From assembly GCF_006345805.1 (NCBI RefSeq), contig NC_042998.1, positions 205,592,001 through 205,656,000 of the forward strand: a stretch of DNA of 64,000 nucleotides, given 5' to 3'. Below, in pieces: positions 61,902-64,000 of this stretch. The position numbers were made by a program, and so were the translations under genes. This DNA comes from Octopus sinensis (lineage: Eukaryota). The notes under the pieces were generated by a model. It saw nothing but the letters and a program-made list of their open reading frames with translations. It did no database searches and had not been told where the DNA came from. Each line of letters begins with the position of its first letter. Positions within the stretch are counted from its first letter, which is position 1.

Positions 61902-64000
61902 TTGGTTCTTCGGGGAAGAATCTTCAAGTCTCTTCACACACGTTTTTAAGGTCGATGATTTTAAAAAAAAAACAGCATATCCTTTTTTTAAAATTTTTAT
62001 TTCTCAATCAAATGTAAGCTGCTGGGCTCAGTAGCTAACTCTACACCTCCTTGGGATAACGAGTTAGTTCCACGACCTGTGCTAACTGTCCCCAATGTTC
62101 TCCCTCTCTGTGGCTTATGTCTTGCTAGTGTTGACTTACCATTATGCTACTTTAGTGTGGCTACGGCGAGCATCTCTTACTATTTCGTTTTCTATATCCC
62201 ATTTTATTGCCACACCATCACTACCATTCTCCGTCCCTCTACAACTATCATTGTTCTATTAAACAACAACAAAGACTATCTAAACTCCCCAAACTACCAG
62301 CCGCCATTATCGTCTGCCAATCTATCCGCCTGATTCATTTACCGTCTGCCGAGTCGACATTTATCGCGCCATCTCTTTCATTTCTTTTTTGTCTTCCTCG
62401 TTTATCATGTCATCTCTCATCAAGCTGATGATAACGAAACACTGATGAATGTGCGTGAAGTGGTGGCGGTGGTGATAGTTGTCTGTAGTAATTATTAGTA
62501 GAAATAGTTTTAACAATGGAATAAATTTTGAGACAGAATCAAAATGTGACGTTTCGTAATAAAACCGTTCATCAGAGAGTTTAAATAAATTGGGATTCGT
62601 GACGACAGAGAGGAGGATTTATGACAAGAGTAAAGAATAAAGGAGGAGGGGGAGGGGGAGATATGGGGTTGTGTCCAGGTTGCAATTATAACTGTGATCC
62701 AACAGGTTGCCTCATCTACTCGAAATAGCAGCTAAATCTCAGATTACACCCCTATCCAACCATGACCCTCTCTTAACAGGAGGATCATAGATGGAATTCT
62801 TTGATCATTGATCTCCTGGATTGAGTTTGACCTGGGGCTAAATAACAACAAGGAAAGAGCTTCTATCTGGTCGTTCAATCTACTAGAAATAACTGCCAAA
62901 ACTTTTTAAAATCAAACCCCACTGTTTTCGATATCAAATAATAGAATTCTAGGTGGATTGTGCCAAGATAAGGACGGGATGGCGACGGTTTGAATAGCTT
63001 CAATCCTAAGACTACCAGGTTCAAATGACGACAACTGTAACGGTAAACCCCACGGACAGCCAAGCCTGTGAGTTAGGTTCAATCCCAGCTGAAGTATTTC
63101 GCTTTCTTTAGAGAAAGATGAACACTGGATAAAACCACCTTGACACAGCTCAACCACCTTCTGAACCGTCATTTTACATGTGAGAAAGAGTAGGCAGATT
63201 TCCCTCAAATCAAACTCTCCTTAATTTGGTCCAATGTCTGCTGGACCCGGATCGACCTCAGCTTAAACAACAACAATACCCAACGTTCGATCTGCAGCTC
63301 CAGCAAAACAATGAATTTATATCAACAGAGATCATTAAAGTTAATGACTGAGGCTGGTAAATGGTATGTTGTTGTTGTTGTTGCTACAGATGGTGGTGGT
63401 ATCGACGGTGGGGATGGTACTCTTGTTATTGGTGATGGTATTAAGTGGTAGTGGTGTTGATGTTGAAGGTGGTGGTATTGATTTTGTTGCAGTTTAGTGC
63501 CCACCCCGTCACAGTCGTTCCTGATCGCACCCTCCTCCTTGGTGCACTGTAAAACGCAAATTGAATGCAGTTTGGTTGTGCATTCAAGCAACTCCAGCTT
63601 GAAGCCTGTTGCTATTTTTCTTGAAGTGAGAAAAGAAAGAAACATTTTGTACACTTTGCACTGAAATCGATGCAGACAGAAAATTATTATTATTTTTTTG
63701 TTATTTCATCCTGGAAATTAGGAGGTGTTAGAACAGAAACGTCAGGGGTCTTCAGCTAATTCGGTGTTTTTACTGTCTGTGTAGACTGGGGGTCGCCAAA
63801 CCCTTTCGACCATCGACCCATTTTAGCCACTTCTCTTCCGCATCGAGCACCCTCCTCATTTAAAATATCTTAATACCCTACCCTATCGTACCATGTCTTA
63901 AATGCGTACCGGGTACTGATGCTGGCAATTAAAACGTTGGCCAAAACATACACGTTACGACAAATTAAGAAAATCTATTGAAGATGACACACTTTTTACA

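Noticed and set aside
62545-62585. Minus-strand CTGATGA…GAAACGTC hammerhead-like motif (also 62424-62440)
   Set aside because: Helix I and II do not pair convincingly; at best a decayed copy

Overview
Eukaryotic, AT-rich, repeat-saturated genomic DNA. The repeat families (RTE LINEs with (TGA)n tails, tRNA/CORE-type SINEs, and long (TA)n, (CA)n and (CAT)n microsatellites) look like Octopus or another coleoid cephalopod; this is inferred from recalled repeat consensus sequences, not a search. There is no intact protein-coding gene, rRNA, functional tRNA or CRISPR array, and almost all supplied ORFs are microsatellite translations or LINE remnants. Recognisable content: at least three RTE lineages, CR1-like LINEs, an RLE-type (HERO-like) LINE, Penelope-like (PLE) RT and GIY-YIG remnants, three Tc1/mariner groups including one full-length mariner with both TIRs and a TA TSD, hAT and piggyBac-type MITEs, Helitron remnants, a U6 pseudogene, and a few weak exon or first-exon candidates for a minus-strand host gene. 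The most unusual signal is a dense set of about 12 minimal type I hammerhead-ribozyme motifs from 6 sequence families, each with a palindromic helix III. They sit in PLE-type terminal repeats next to (TA)n, in three long near-perfect fold-backs, and behind a tRNA-derived head. One has a G3-C8 swapped core, and one family never has A at core position 6. The second most unusual signal is a PHD-type C4HC3 finger inserted within the RT of the dominant RTE family. All ribozyme calls are motif and fold readings by eye and need biochemical testing.
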